This document shows positions 20,592 through 30,855 of a DNA stretch of 64,000 bases, piece after piece; position 1 is the first letter of the stretch, and every line of letters starts with the position of its first letter. The stretch spans positions 928,001 through 992,000 of the forward strand of contig CAWJSJ010000002.1 in NCBI GenBank assembly GCA_963845565.1. The letters are read 5' to 3'. The notes below the pieces were generated by a model that did not search any database, was not told the DNA's origin, and worked only from the letters and a program-made list of their open reading frames with translations. The position numbers and the translations under genes are program-made. The DNA comes from an uncultured Methylomirabilota bacterium. Lineage in GTDB: Bacteria > Methylomirabilota > Methylomirabilia > Methylomirabilales > 2-02-FULL-66-22.

Positions 20592-21545
20592 ATGCCGCCC
20601 CTACTGCGGAACATTCTCACGCGGGTGGTCGCGCTCGTCCCGATTCTCTTCGGGCTGTCCATCGCCTCGTTCGCCCTGGTGCACGTCATCCCGGGCGATC
20701 CGGCGCTGGTGATGCTGGGGGGCGAGGGGACGCCCCAGCAGGTCGTGGAGCTCCGCAAGCAGCTCGGCCTGGACCGGCCGCTCCACGTCCGATACCTGGA
20801 ATGGCTCGGCCGGGTGGTCCGGGGCGACCTCGGCGAGTCGCTCTACAACAAGACCCGGGTCGTCGATGAGCTCATCTGGCGGTTCCCCACCACCCTGTCG
20901 CTGGTCTGCCTGGCGCTCCTGATCTCCGTCCTGATCGGGGTCCCCGCCGGATTGCTGTCGGCCGTCTACCGGAACTCGTGGGTGGACCACGTGGCCCGCC
21001 TCATCACGCTCGTCAGCCTCTCCATGCCCAGCTTCTGGCTGGGGCTCATGCTGATCATCCTGTTCTCGCTCAAGCTGAACCTGCTCCCCGTCGTCGGATA
21101 CACCTCCGTGGTCACCGATCTCTGGAGCGGGCTCAGGTTCCTCATCCTGCCGAGCTGCGCGCTGGGCACGTATCTCACGGCCCTCCTGGCGCGCCTGGTC
21201 CGGAGCAGCGTCCTGGAGGTGTTGGGGCAGGATTACATCCGCACGGCGCGGGCCAAGGGGCTCCGCGAGCGGGTCGTCCTGTTCCGCCACGCCCTGCGGA
21301 ATGCCCTGATTCCCGCCGTGACCGTCATGGGCATCAACATGGGGATCCTGCTGGGAGGCAGCGCCGTCATCGAGACGCTCTTCGTCCTGCCGGGGGTCGG
21401 GCAGCTCGTGATCACGGCGCTGTACAATCGGGACCTCCCGGTGATCCAGGGATTGATCCTGTACATCTCGGTGCTGTACGTCCTGATCAATCTGGTGGTG
21501 GATCTGTTGTACACGTATCTGGACCCGAGACTCCGCTTCGGGTAG
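20592..21545 (+). CDS. Peptide/nickel ABC transporter permease (DppB-like)
   Basis: PGDP, GDLGES, QDYIRTARAKGL, DPR end. Confidence 0.93.
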   Translation: MPPLLRNILTRVVALVPILFGLSIASFALVHVIPGDPALVMLGGEGTPQQVVELRKQLGLDRPLHVRYLEWLGRVVRGDLGESLYNKTRVVDELIWRFPTTLSLVCLALLISVLIGVPAGLLSAVYRNSWVDHVARLITLVSLSMPSFWLGLMLIILFSLKLNLLPVVGYTSVVTDLWSGLRFLILPSCALGTYLTALLARLVRSSVLEVLGQDYIRTARAKGLRERVVLFRHALRNALIPAVTVMGINMGILLGGSAVIETLFVLPGVGQLVITALYNRDLPVIQGLILYISVLYVLINLVVDLLYTYLDPRLRFG

Positions 21546-21572
21546 GGGCTGGTCCGGGTCCCGGCGAACACC

Positions 21573-22469
21573 ATGGCACCTGCGGTCTCTCTGACGACGT
21601 CGCACAGCATCCCGCCGCCGCCCCGCCGCGTCGAACGGTGGGGACGAGTGTGGCGTCAGCTCCGCCGGAATCGGCTCTCGCTCGCCGGCAGCCTGATCGT
21701 GGTCAGCCTGCTCGTGCTGGCGCTGGCGGCGCCGCTGCTCGGGCTGGCCAGCCCGGTGAAGCTCAACATCGGGCAACGCTTCCTGTCGCCGGGTCCGGGC
21801 CACTGGTTCGGGACGGACCAGCTCGGTCGCGACGTCCTGAGCCGGGTGGTCTTTGGCGCGCGCGTCAGCCTCATGGCCTCGCTCCTGACCATGTTCGGCG
21901 CGGCGCTGCCCGGGGTGCTGCTCGGGATCGTGGCGGGCGTCAGCTCGGCGCGGATCGCCGGACTCGTTATGCGAGTGATGGATCTGCTGATGTCGTTCCC
22001 GCCGCTCTTGCTCGCCGTGGCGGTGGCCGCGGCACTGGGGACCGGGACGCGCAGCATCATCATCGCGCTCGGCGTGGTATACCTCCCGCGCATCGTGCGC
22101 GTCACGCGCGGCGTGGCGCTCTCGGTGATCGCGCAGGAGTACGTCATGGCGGCCCAGGCGCTCGGCAGCCCGCGCTGGCGTTTGGTGCTCCGGACGGTGC
22201 TGCCCAACTGCCTGTCGGTGGTCGTGGTGCAACTCAGCCTGTACTTCGCCGAGGTCCTGCTGGCCGAGGCGGCGCTCTCGTTTCTGGGGCTGGGAGAGCC
22301 CCCGCCAACGCCGACCTGGGGCAACATCCTGTACGATTCCCAGAAATACATCCGCAACGCCCCCTGGATTGCGTTCTTTCCTGGCTGCGCCATCGCCCTA
22401 TCGGTGTTGGGGCTGAACCTGTTCGGGGACGCCGTCCGGGATGCCATGGACCCCCGCCTGCGGACGTGA
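21573..22469 (+). CDS. Peptide/nickel ABC transporter permease (DppC-like)
   Basis: HWFGTDQLGRD, EAALSFLGLG, PTWG, NLFGDAVRDAMDPR. Confidence 0.93.
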   Translation: MAPAVSLTTSHSIPPPPRRVERWGRVWRQLRRNRLSLAGSLIVVSLLVLALAAPLLGLASPVKLNIGQRFLSPGPGHWFGTDQLGRDVLSRVVFGARVSLMASLLTMFGAALPGVLLGIVAGVSSARIAGLVMRVMDLLMSFPPLLLAVAVAAALGTGTRSIIIALGVVYLPRIVRVTRGVALSVIAQEYVMAAQALGSPRWRLVLRTVLPNCLSVVVVQLSLYFAEVLLAEAALSFLGLGEPPPTPTWGNILYDSQKYIRNAPWIAFFPGCAIALSVLGLNLFGDAVRDAMDPRLRT

Positions 22470-22675
22470 CGCCGGGCCATCCTTCCCCCCGGTGCTGGCC
22501 ACTCCCTGCGACCGACTTGCGGCTCGTCCCGCGCGAACCCGCAGAGGTGCGGCGCGGTCTGGGAAAAGGCCCGCCGCGCCAAGACTGCGACCAGTTTGTG
22601 CTGATTTGCGGAATCGGTTGTGATAGGCTTTCGCCCGTGCGGCCTGTGACAGCGCCCGGCGCTCGGACCTGCGGG

Positions 22676-23110
22676 CTACTTGCGGGACGTCCGGGCGACC
22701 GGATCCTTAGGGCTCGCGGCGCTGGGTTTCGGCTCGGTTTTCAGCCGAAGGACGGCCGAGATGAGATTGATCAGATCCCGGGGCCGGGCCGGTTTCTGAA
22801 CGTAGCCGACGCAGCGGCGCGAGATGGCCCTCGCCTGGTCTCCGACGACGTCGTAGGCGGTCATCGCCACGATGGGGATGTGTTGCGTGGCCGGATCCTG
22901 CTTCAGCGTCTCCGCCGCCGACAGCCCGTCCAGATCGGGAAGCTGGATGTCCATCAGGATGAGATCCGGGCGATGCTCGCTGGCGAACTGCAGCCCCTGC
23001 ACGGCGTTGTAGGCCTGGAGGGTGCCGAAGCCGGCGAACCGGAGGGCATCGGCGATCACTTGGGAGATGTCCGGGCTGTCCTCGACGATCAGGATGGTCG
23101 CTTTAGCCAT
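22676..23110 (-). CDS. Single-domain response regulator (DivK-like)
   Basis: ILIVED, PDLILMDIQLPDLDG, IVAMTA, KP. Confidence 0.92.
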   Translation of the reverse strand: MAKATILIVEDSPDISQVIADALRFAGFGTLQAYNAVQGLQFASEHRPDLILMDIQLPDLDGLSAAETLKQDPATQHIPIVAMTAYDVVGDQARAISRRCVGYVQKPARPRDLINLISAVLRLKTEPKPSAASPKDPVARTSRK

Positions 23111-23261
23111 GGGCGGGTGCTCCTTGTGGCTGCGAGGCGGAGCGGGTTCCCGGGGTGAGGGCCGGATGCTACTCCGGGCTTTCCTCGATTTTCAAGGGGT
23201 TTTTGTTCTGCGTCCCACGGTCATTTTTCGGTTGCGTGTTCTGTGAGATCGGAGGCCAACG

Positions 23262-24035
23262 ATGGGGATCCTGGATCGTTTCTCGCTGTCAGGGAAAACG
23301 GCGCTCGTCACCGGCGCCGGCAGGGGGCTGGGGCAAGGGATGGCGCTGGCCTTGGCCGAGGCCGGGGCCGACATCGCGATCGCCGAGCTGGACCTGCCGG
23401 CGGCCGAGGAGACGGCGGCCGAGGTCCGGAAGCGCGGGCGCAAGGCCTTGCCGTTCAAAGCCGACGTGACGGATTTCGACGGCGTCACGGCCATGTTCAA
23501 CAGCGTGGTCCAGGAGTGGGGGCACCTCGACATCCTGGTGAACAACGCCGGTTACGCGCAACCGGTCTCGGCCCTGGAGATGAGCGTCCCGGACTGGGAG
23601 CGGATGCTGGCGGTGGACCTCAAGGGGGTGTTTCTGTGCTGCAAGGCGGTGGCCCCGCACATGATCAAGCAGGGGGGCGGCAAGATCGTCAACATCGCCT
23701 CCATGTCCTCCTTTCACGTCAACCGGGACGCGGACTACTGCCACTACAACGCGGCCAAGGCCGGCGTGGTGATGCTCACCAAATCCCTGGCGGTGGAGTG
23801 GGCGCGACACAAGATCTACGTGAACGCCATCAGCCCGGGGTACTGCCGGACGCCGGGCAATGCGGCGCGTTCCGACAACCCGGCCATCCGGGCGATCCGC
23901 GTGGATCAAGGGATCATCAAGCGGTACGGCCAGGCGTATGAGGATCTCGGCGGCGCCGTCGTCTATCTGGGGTCGGACGCCTCCAATTTCACGACGGGCT
24001 GCAATCTCGTGGTGGACGGCGGATACAGTCTCTAG
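23262..24035 (+). CDS. SDR family oxidoreductase
   Basis: TGAGRGLG, NNAG, YNAAK, VDGG. Confidence 0.95.
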   Translation: MGILDRFSLSGKTALVTGAGRGLGQGMALALAEAGADIAIAELDLPAAEETAAEVRKRGRKALPFKADVTDFDGVTAMFNSVVQEWGHLDILVNNAGYAQPVSALEMSVPDWERMLAVDLKGVFLCCKAVAPHMIKQGGGKIVNIASMSSFHVNRDADYCHYNAAKAGVVMLTKSLAVEWARHKIYVNAISPGYCRTPGNAARSDNPAIRAIRVDQGIIKRYGQAYEDLGGAVVYLGSDASNFTTGCNLVVDGGYSL

Positions 24036-24084
24036 GGTCGAGCCCGCGCCGACGGATCGTCGAGGGCGGCGCAAGGAGGGCACC

Positions 24085-25068
24085 ATGAAACGGCTGAGTG
24101 TGGCGGCGATCGCGGTCGCGCTGGTCGTGTGCGTCGGGGGTGTGGCGGTGGCCGGCGAGAAGTTGATGGTGTACACCTCGATGAAGGAGAGCCTGATCGG
24201 CAAGCTCCGGGACGCCTTCGCGAAGAAGCACCCCGAGGTCTCATTCGATTACTACTCGGCCGGGGCTGGGAAGCTGATGGCCAAGGTGGCGGCGGAGCGG
24301 CAGTCCGGTCGGCTGACCGTGGACGCCCTCTGGCATAGCGAGGTGCCGGATTTCTTCCAACTGAAGAAGGAAGGGGCCTGGGAGAAGTACGTGTCGCCCG
24401 AGGCCGCGGCGGTGCAGAGTACCGTCAAGGACCCCGACGGCTTCTTCACGCCGGCGCGCCTGGGCACCCTGGGCATCGCGTACAACACCAAGAAGATCAC
24501 CGCCGCGCCCAAGGCATGGAGTGACATGCTCGATCCGCGGTTCAAGGACGGCTTCGCCATCGCCAACCCGGCGTTGTCGGGTACGGCCATGATGAGCGTG
24601 GCGCTCCTCACCAACACCTTCGGCTGGGAATACATCCAGAAGCTGAAGGCGAACGGCGCCAAGATCGGCGCCGGCTCGGGGCAGGTGGTGGACGACACGG
24701 CCTCCGGCGACTTCAAGGCGTCGCTGGCGCCGGACTACATCGCCATCGACAAGATCAAGAAGGGGGCCACCATGGGCCTGGCCTACCCGCCCGAGATGCT
24801 GGTGGTCCCGAGCCCGATCGCCATCTTCAAGGGTACCCCGAATTTGAAGGCGGCGCAGAAGTTCGTGGACTTCCTCCTCTCCAAGGACGGCCAGACGATC
24901 GTGGCCAGCGAGGGCACGCTCCCGGTCCGCGCCGACGTGGTGGTGGACACGACCCACGGCCTGGTGAAGGCGGACGAGGCGGTGAAGCGCGCCATGAAGG
25001 CGGACTATCTGAAGGTGATGGCCGAGAAGGAGCAGATCATCCAGAAGTTCACGCAGACCATGCGGTAG
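24085..25068 (+). CDS. ABC substrate-binding protein (AfuA/Fe3+/sugar-phosphate type)
   Basis: Signal peptide, VYTS, IAYNT, ANPALSGT, AAQKFVDFLLS..GQ. Confidence 0.88.
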   Translation: MKRLSVAAIAVALVVCVGGVAVAGEKLMVYTSMKESLIGKLRDAFAKKHPEVSFDYYSAGAGKLMAKVAAERQSGRLTVDALWHSEVPDFFQLKKEGAWEKYVSPEAAAVQSTVKDPDGFFTPARLGTLGIAYNTKKITAAPKAWSDMLDPRFKDGFAIANPALSGTAMMSVALLTNTFGWEYIQKLKANGAKIGAGSGQVVDDTASGDFKASLAPDYIAIDKIKKGATMGLAYPPEMLVVPSPIAIFKGTPNLKAAQKFVDFLLSKDGQTIVASEGTLPVRADVVVDTTHGLVKADEAVKRAMKADYLKVMAEKEQIIQKFTQTMR

Positions 25069-25166
25069 CGCCGCTGCGGCGCGGAGCAGATCGGGCGGGG
25101 CGGTGGGGCGCGAGGCGCCTCGCCGCCCCGCCGCGCATGCAGTCGGCCGTTCCGGCGGGAGCGATC

Positions 25167-26273
25167 ATGGCGGACGTGCGATTGGAAAATCTGGGCGCGG
25201 TCTTCGGAGCCCACCGGGTCTTTGAAGGCTTCACGCTGACGATCCGGGACGGCGAGTGCTTCTCGTTGTTGGGGCCCTCGGGGTGCGGGAAGACCGTGGT
25301 TCTGCGGATGATCGCGGGGTTCGAGCACCCCAGCGCGGGCCAGGTGTTCATCGGGGACCAGTTGGTCTCCAGCGCGGCCGGGAAGGTCCACGTGCCCACG
25401 GAATCTCGGAATATCGGCGTGGTCTTCCAGGACTACGCCGTGTGGCCGCACAAGACGGTCTTCGACAACGTGGTCTACCCGCTGCAGATCCAGAAGGTGG
25501 CCGCGGCGGAGGCCAAGACGCGCACCCTGGACGCCGTCGCCCAGGTGCACCTGACGGGACTGGAAGACCGCTACCCGTCGCAGCTCTCCGGCGGGCAGCA
25601 GCAACGCGTGGCCCTGGCGCGCGCCCTGGTCTCGCGGCCGAAGATCATGCTTCTGGACGAGCCGCTCACCAACCTGGACGCGAACCTCCGCGAGGAGATG
25701 CGGTTCGAGATCAAGGACCTGCAGCGGCGAACCGGCGTCACGATCCTGTACGTGACCCACGACCAGGAGGTGGCGCTGGCCATCTCGGATCGGATCGGGA
25801 TCATGGGGGCGGACGGGTCCCTCCGCCAGATCGGCGATCCGCACGCGATCTACACCGACCCGGATGATGGCTTCGTCTTCAACTTCCTGGGAGTGGCGAA
25901 CTTCATCCCCGTGGAGCGGCGGAACGGCGCGGTCCACATCCGGGGGAGCGATCTACCGCTCCGGGCGGAGATTTCTTCGGTCGCCCGGGAGCGCATCGCG
26001 AAAAACGAAGTGGTGGCCGCCTGCCGCCCCTTCGAGATCGATCTGGTTCGGGACGGCGGAGCGACGCGCGGCGTGGTGCGGCGGCGTGTGTTTCTGGGGC
26101 CCATCGTGACGTATTTCATCACGGTCGGTGCGGTCGAGATCCGCGCGCAGCAAGAGGCGGCGGAGGCCTTCCGGGACGGTCGCCCCCTGGAGGAGGGGGA
26201 GGCGTGCGGGCTCACCTTCCAGGCCTTGCGGTGGTACGACAAGGCCGGCATCGGGAAGGAGGCCGTCGCATGA
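25167..26273 (+). CDS. ABC transporter ATP-binding protein (PotA/FbpC-like)
   Basis: GPSGCGKT, LSGGQQQR, LLDEP, TOBE-like C-terminus. Confidence 0.95.
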   Translation: MADVRLENLGAVFGAHRVFEGFTLTIRDGECFSLLGPSGCGKTVVLRMIAGFEHPSAGQVFIGDQLVSSAAGKVHVPTESRNIGVVFQDYAVWPHKTVFDNVVYPLQIQKVAAAEAKTRTLDAVAQVHLTGLEDRYPSQLSGGQQQRVALARALVSRPKIMLLDEPLTNLDANLREEMRFEIKDLQRRTGVTILYVTHDQEVALAISDRIGIMGADGSLRQIGDPHAIYTDPDDGFVFNFLGVANFIPVERRNGAVHIRGSDLPLRAEISSVARERIAKNEVVAACRPFEIDLVRDGGATRGVVRRRVFLGPIVTYFITVGAVEIRAQQEAAEAFRDGRPLEEGEACGLTFQALRWYDKAGIGKEAVA

Positions 26274-27970
26274 CCGGCACCGACCGCAAGTTCGGCTTGG
26301 CGGAGCTGCTGCTCCTGTTCTCGGTCCTGGTCCTGGTCGTGGTGGTGGCCGTTCCGATCCTGCTCATCATCTGGAACGCCTTCGTGGTGGACGGGGGGCT
26401 GAACATCGCGGGGGTGGCGCAGGTCCTGAGCCAGCCCGACGTGTTCCAGGCGGTCGTGAACTCCCTGGTGATCGCCGCCGCGGTCACCGTGCTGAGCACC
26501 ATCCTGGGCGTCTTCTTCGCCTGGCTCGTGTCGCGGACCGATCTGCCCTTCAAGGAGACGATGAAGCTGCTGTTCCTCGTCCCCTTCATGCTCCCCTCCT
26601 TCATCGGGGCGATCGCCTGGAAGATCCTGCTGTCGCCGCGGGCCGGCCTCGTCAACAAGGCGTTCATGAGCCTCTTCGGCACCGAGCAGGCGCTCTTCAA
26701 CATCTACAGCCTGACCGGCATCATCGCCGTGGAGAGCATGTACCTCTTCCCCTTCGTCTTCATCCAGGTCTCGGGCGCGCTGGAGCGGATGGACCCGACG
26801 CTGGAAGAGTCGGCGCGGATCTCCGGGGCGGGGCTGCTCACCATCACGCGCCGGATCACGCTGCCGCTGATGCTGCCCAGCATCGCAGCCGGGGCGCTGC
26901 TCGTCGCGCTCTACTCGCTGGCCCATTTCGGCGTCCCCGCGGTCCTGGGGACCGAGGCCGGGATCTTCAACATCCCGACGCTGATCTACCAGAAGATCTA
27001 CGCCAGCGGCGGCCGGTTCGAGGCGATCCGGGCCGGGACGATCCTGTCCTCCATCCTGGTGGTCTCGGCCGCGCTCATCCTCTACTCCCAGAATCGAATC
27101 CTGACGGCGGGCCGGTTCCAGGTCATCGCGGGCAAGAGCGTGCGGCCCATGCTCCTCAAGCTGCGCGGCCTCAAGTACCCGCTGCTCGTCCTGAGCATCC
27201 TCTATATCGCGGTGACCGTGCTCCTGCCCACCGCCACGATCTTCCTGGTGGCGTTGCTCCGGACCTACGGACTCAGCTTTGCGCTCGAGAACATGACGCT
27301 GCACAACTTCACCTACATCCTGTTCACCATGAAGCTGACCAAGGACGCCATCTGGAACAGCTTCTACCTGTCCCTGGCGGCGGCCCTGGTGACGATGCTG
27401 GTGGGGACGCTCATCTCCTACGTGATCGTGAAGATGCGGGTGCGCGGGAAGTTCCTGCTGGAATTCCTGGGGCTCCTGCCCTTCTCGGTGCCCGGGACCG
27501 TCATCGCGCTGGGCGTGATCCTGATGTGGAGCGGGAAGTTCGGCGTGAACCTCTACAATACGGCCTGGATCATCTTCGTGGCCTACATCGCCCGCTACAT
27601 GGCCTTCGCGCTGAAATCCACGTCGGCCGCGCTGGAACAGGTCGGCGACTCGCTGGAGGAGGCCGCCCGCGCCTGCGGCGCCAGCCACTGGCAGGCGATG
27701 AAGGATGTCGTGTTGCCCCTGATCAAGCCCGGCATGGTGGCCGCGTTCTTCCTGATCTTTCTGCCGGCCTTGCGTGAGCTGACCACCTCGGTCCTGCTCT
27801 ACGGACCCACCACCCGGACCATCGGGGTGGCCATCTACGCCTTGAACGAGGACGGCGAGACGGTGTACGCCGCCGCGCTCTCGGCCGTGGCGCTGATCAT
27901 CATCGTCATCGGGCAGTGGGTCATCAAGAAGGTCACCGGCACGACCAAGATCGCCGGGGGAGGATCCTGA
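26270..27970 (+). CDS. ABC transporter permease with two fused TM domains (AfuB/FbpB-like)
   Basis: Two EAA loops (LEESARISGA, LEEAARACGA). Confidence 0.93.
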   Translation: MTGTDRKFGLAELLLLFSVLVLVVVVAVPILLIIWNAFVVDGGLNIAGVAQVLSQPDVFQAVVNSLVIAAAVTVLSTILGVFFAWLVSRTDLPFKETMKLLFLVPFMLPSFIGAIAWKILLSPRAGLVNKAFMSLFGTEQALFNIYSLTGIIAVESMYLFPFVFIQVSGALERMDPTLEESARISGAGLLTITRRITLPLMLPSIAAGALLVALYSLAHFGVPAVLGTEAGIFNIPTLIYQKIYASGGRFEAIRAGTILSSILVVSAALILYSQNRILTAGRFQVIAGKSVRPMLLKLRGLKYPLLVLSILYIAVTVLLPTATIFLVALLRTYGLSFALENMTLHNFTYILFTMKLTKDAIWNSFYLSLAAALVTMLVGTLISYVIVKMRVRGKFLLEFLGLLPFSVPGTVIALGVILMWSGKFGVNLYNTAWIIFVAYIARYMAFALKSTSAALEQVGDSLEEAARACGASHWQAMKDVVLPLIKPGMVAAFFLIFLPALRELTTSVLLYGPTTRTIGVAIYALNEDGETVYAAALSAVALIIIVIGQWVIKKVTGTTKIAGGGS

Positions 27971-27972
27971 CC

Positions 27973-29049
27973 ATGGCGCACGTGATCCTCCGGGACATCA
28001 CCAAGCGGTTCGGCAGCGTGGTGGCCGTGGATAAGCTCAACCTCGAGATCGCCCGCGGCGAGTGCATCTCCTTCCTCGGCCCCTCCGGCTGCGGCAAGAC
28101 CACGACGCTGCGGATGCTGGCCGGCTTCGAGGACCTGGACGAGGGGGAGATCCTGGTCGGCGACCGCGTCATCTCCTCCAGCTTCAAACACTACTATTTG
28201 CCGCCGGAGAAGCGGGACTTCGGGATGGTGTTCCAGGCCTTCGCGGTCTGGCCGCACCTCTCGGTGTTCGACAACGTGGCCTTCCCGCTGCAGATCCGCG
28301 GCCTCTCGCGGTCGGAGATCCGGGAGAAGACGACCACCGCCCTCACGTACACCGGCCTGCTCGACGCCAAGGACGAGTATCCGAACGCGCTGTCGGGCGG
28401 CCAGAAGCAGCGGATCGCGCTGGCCCGGTCCATCTCGTTCAATCCGACGGTCATGCTTTTGGACGAGCCGCTCTCGAACCTCGACCCCAAGATGCGCGAG
28501 GTGATGCGGTTCGAGATCAAGGAGCTGCAGAAGCGGTTCAACTTCACCATCATCTACGTCACCCACGACCAGGCCGAGGCCATGGCGCTCTCTGACCGGA
28601 TCGTGGTGATGGACTTCGGGGCGCTGATCCAGCAGGATGACACGCCGGTCAACGTGTATCTGAAACCGGCGAACAAGTACGTCTTCGGCTTCATCGGCCT
28701 GTCGAACTTCCTGGACGTGGAGGTGGCGGCCGGGCAGGTCTACCTCAAGGGGGCGCGCGCGGCGGGGCCGGTGACGGCACTCGTCCCTCCGCATGTCCCG
28801 GGGAAGCCCCCCACGCTGGCCTGCCGCCCCGGAGAGATCGACCTGCTGCGCGACGGGGGCGTCCGCGGCGTGGTGGCGCGCCGGGTCCTCCTGGGGGACA
28901 TCATCGACTACCGGGTGACGATCGGCTCCACCGAGGTGCGGGTGCAGCGGAACGTGCGCAAACCGGTGTTCCGCGAAGGGGATCCGTGCGGCCTCGCGTT
29001 TTCGTCGCCGCATTGGTATGACGAGTCCGGGGCGCGCGTGAACGTCTGA
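27973..29049 (+). CDS. ABC transporter ATP-binding protein (second)
   Basis: GPSGCGKT, LSGGQKQR, LLDEP. Confidence 0.95.
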   Translation: MAHVILRDITKRFGSVVAVDKLNLEIARGECISFLGPSGCGKTTTLRMLAGFEDLDEGEILVGDRVISSSFKHYYLPPEKRDFGMVFQAFAVWPHLSVFDNVAFPLQIRGLSRSEIREKTTTALTYTGLLDAKDEYPNALSGGQKQRIALARSISFNPTVMLLDEPLSNLDPKMREVMRFEIKELQKRFNFTIIYVTHDQAEAMALSDRIVVMDFGALIQQDDTPVNVYLKPANKYVFGFIGLSNFLDVEVAAGQVYLKGARAAGPVTALVPPHVPGKPPTLACRPGEIDLLRDGGVRGVVARRVLLGDIIDYRVTIGSTEVRVQRNVRKPVFREGDPCGLAFSSPHWYDESGARVNV

Positions 29050-29137
29050 CGTCCGCGCCGCGACCGGCGGACACGGGCCTGCCCGGCGCGATCGCGGCGT
29101 GGCGGGGAAACACGCCGAGAGGAGCGGCACCGCCGGC

Positions 29138-29806
29138 ATGGCGCGGTATGTGTTGATCCGACACGGAGAATCCGTGTGGAACGGCGAGCGGCGGATCCAG
29201 GGGAATCAGGATCCTCCGCTGTCGCCCCGCGGGCGGCAACAAGCGGCGCGTCTGGCGGCTGGTGTGTCCCTCCGTCTCTGCACGGCGGCGGCCATCTATA
29301 CCAGTCCCCTGCGCCGGGCGGCGGAAACCGCCGACGCTCTCGGCGCCGCGACAGGCCTGCCGGTCCTGCCGGAGCCGGGCCTCCAGGAGATGCGCCTGGG
29401 CCGGTGGGAAGGGATGACCGTGCCCGAGATCCAAGCCGCCTTCCCCGGCAGCTACGAACGGTGGCTGGCCGATCCGCTGACGCACCCGGCGCCGGACGGA
29501 GAGCGCCTGGAGGATTTCGTGCACCGCGTGGTGGAGGCCTGGACGCGACTCTGCGCCGCCCGCCCCGGGGACGATCTGGTCCTGGTGTCGCACGGCGGCC
29601 CCATCAAGGCCATCGTCTGCCACGTCCTGGGGGTGCATCCGCGCTGGCTCTTCCGGATCAAGCAGGACAACACGGCGGTCAGTGTCGTGGAGGCGGACGC
29701 GGCGACGTCGCGCGTCATCCTGCTGAACGACACCTGCCATCTCGCCGAGGCGGGCGCCGACCTGACGCCGCGAGACGTCCTGACGGATCCCGGCGAGGCC
29801 GTCTAG
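29138..29806 (+). CDS. Histidine phosphatase family protein
   Basis: RHGE, SPLRRAAET, SHGG. Confidence 0.93.
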   Translation: MARYVLIRHGESVWNGERRIQGNQDPPLSPRGRQQAARLAAGVSLRLCTAAAIYTSPLRRAAETADALGAATGLPVLPEPGLQEMRLGRWEGMTVPEIQAAFPGSYERWLADPLTHPAPDGERLEDFVHRVVEAWTRLCAARPGDDLVLVSHGGPIKAIVCHVLGVHPRWLFRIKQDNTAVSVVEADAATSRVILLNDTCHLAEAGADLTPRDVLTDPGEAV

Positions 29807-29978
29807 CAGGCTGCTGAAAACGGCCCATCTGCTGCGTTGGCTCACTCGAGCGCTCATTGCGGCGTACGAAGTACGCCTCACTCGGCCACGGGCACCCATC
29901 CACAGGATGGGTCACGCCGCCTGGCATCTGGACCATTTTGAGCAGCCTGGGGAAACGCGGTTTTTCCGCATCCTGCTA
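29804..29978 (+). mobile_element. MITE-like element, family A copy 1
   Basis: Terminal IR TAGCAGG(C/A)TGC(T/G)GAAAA; homologous to 47372-47531. Confidence 0.8.
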
Positions 29979-30011
29979 ATCCGCCCCCACGCGTGAGAGG
30001 AGTCCCGTCGC

Positions 30012-30788
30012 ATGGATCTCGCATCGTGTCGCGCGTTCGTCTTCGATCTCGACGGCTGCGTCTATCACGGCAACACGCTGCTGCCGCACGTGGAAACCCT
30101 GCTCGCCGCGCTGCGCCGGACCGGCCGCCGTGTGCTCTTTCTCACCAACAATTCTCGGGAGGGAAGCGACGAACTGCTGGTGAAGCTCAACCGGCTGGGA
30201 ATCGCGGCTGCGCAGGAGGAGATCATTTCGGCGGCCGAGGCGACCGCGCCGTTCGTCCGGGAACGGTACGGGCCGGCCCGTATCCTGGCGGTGGGATCCC
30301 CGCGGCTGCTCCGGCTGCTGGAGGCCGCGGGGCATCGCCTGGTCTCGCTCGAGGCCTGCCGGGAGGCGCGGGTCGTGGTGATGGGGCACGATGAGGCGTT
30401 CGACTATCCGAAGCTCACGGCGCTGGCACGGGCCGTGCGGGCGGGGGCGCCCCTGGTGGCGGTGAACCTGGACCCCCGGCTTCCCGTCGAGGGCGGGGAG
30501 TTCTTTCCGGGGTGCGGGGCGCTGGTGGAAGCGGTGGCGGCCGCCGCCGGGGTTCGACCGGTGGTGGTGGGAAAGCCCGAGCCGCACCTGTTCGAGGTGG
30601 CGCTGGCCCGCCTGCAGCTTCCCGCTGCGGCGGTGGTCATGGTCGGGGACAGCCCCCTCTCCGACATCCGCGGCGCCCAGGGGGCGTCCCTCCGGACCAT
30701 CTGGATCGCTCCCCCGGACGCCGAGGCCGGCGACCTGCGCCCGGACCTGACGATCCGCAGCTACGCCGAGCTCCTGCCGACGCTCTGA
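30012..30788 (+). CDS. HAD-IIA (NagD-like) phosphatase
   Basis: FDLDG, LTNNS, GKP, MVGDS..SDI. Confidence 0.93.
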   Translation: MDLASCRAFVFDLDGCVYHGNTLLPHVETLLAALRRTGRRVLFLTNNSREGSDELLVKLNRLGIAAAQEEIISAAEATAPFVRERYGPARILAVGSPRLLRLLEAAGHRLVSLEACREARVVVMGHDEAFDYPKLTALARAVRAGAPLVAVNLDPRLPVEGGEFFPGCGALVEAVAAAAGVRPVVVGKPEPHLFEVALARLQLPAAAVVMVGDSPLSDIRGAQGASLRTIWIAPPDAEAGDLRPDLTIRSYAELLPTL

Positions 30789-30855
30789 CCCCGTCCGGAA
30801 TCCGACGTTCTGTGCCGCGGCTGATCGCTGACTGTTGATGGCTGAGAGTTGGCGG

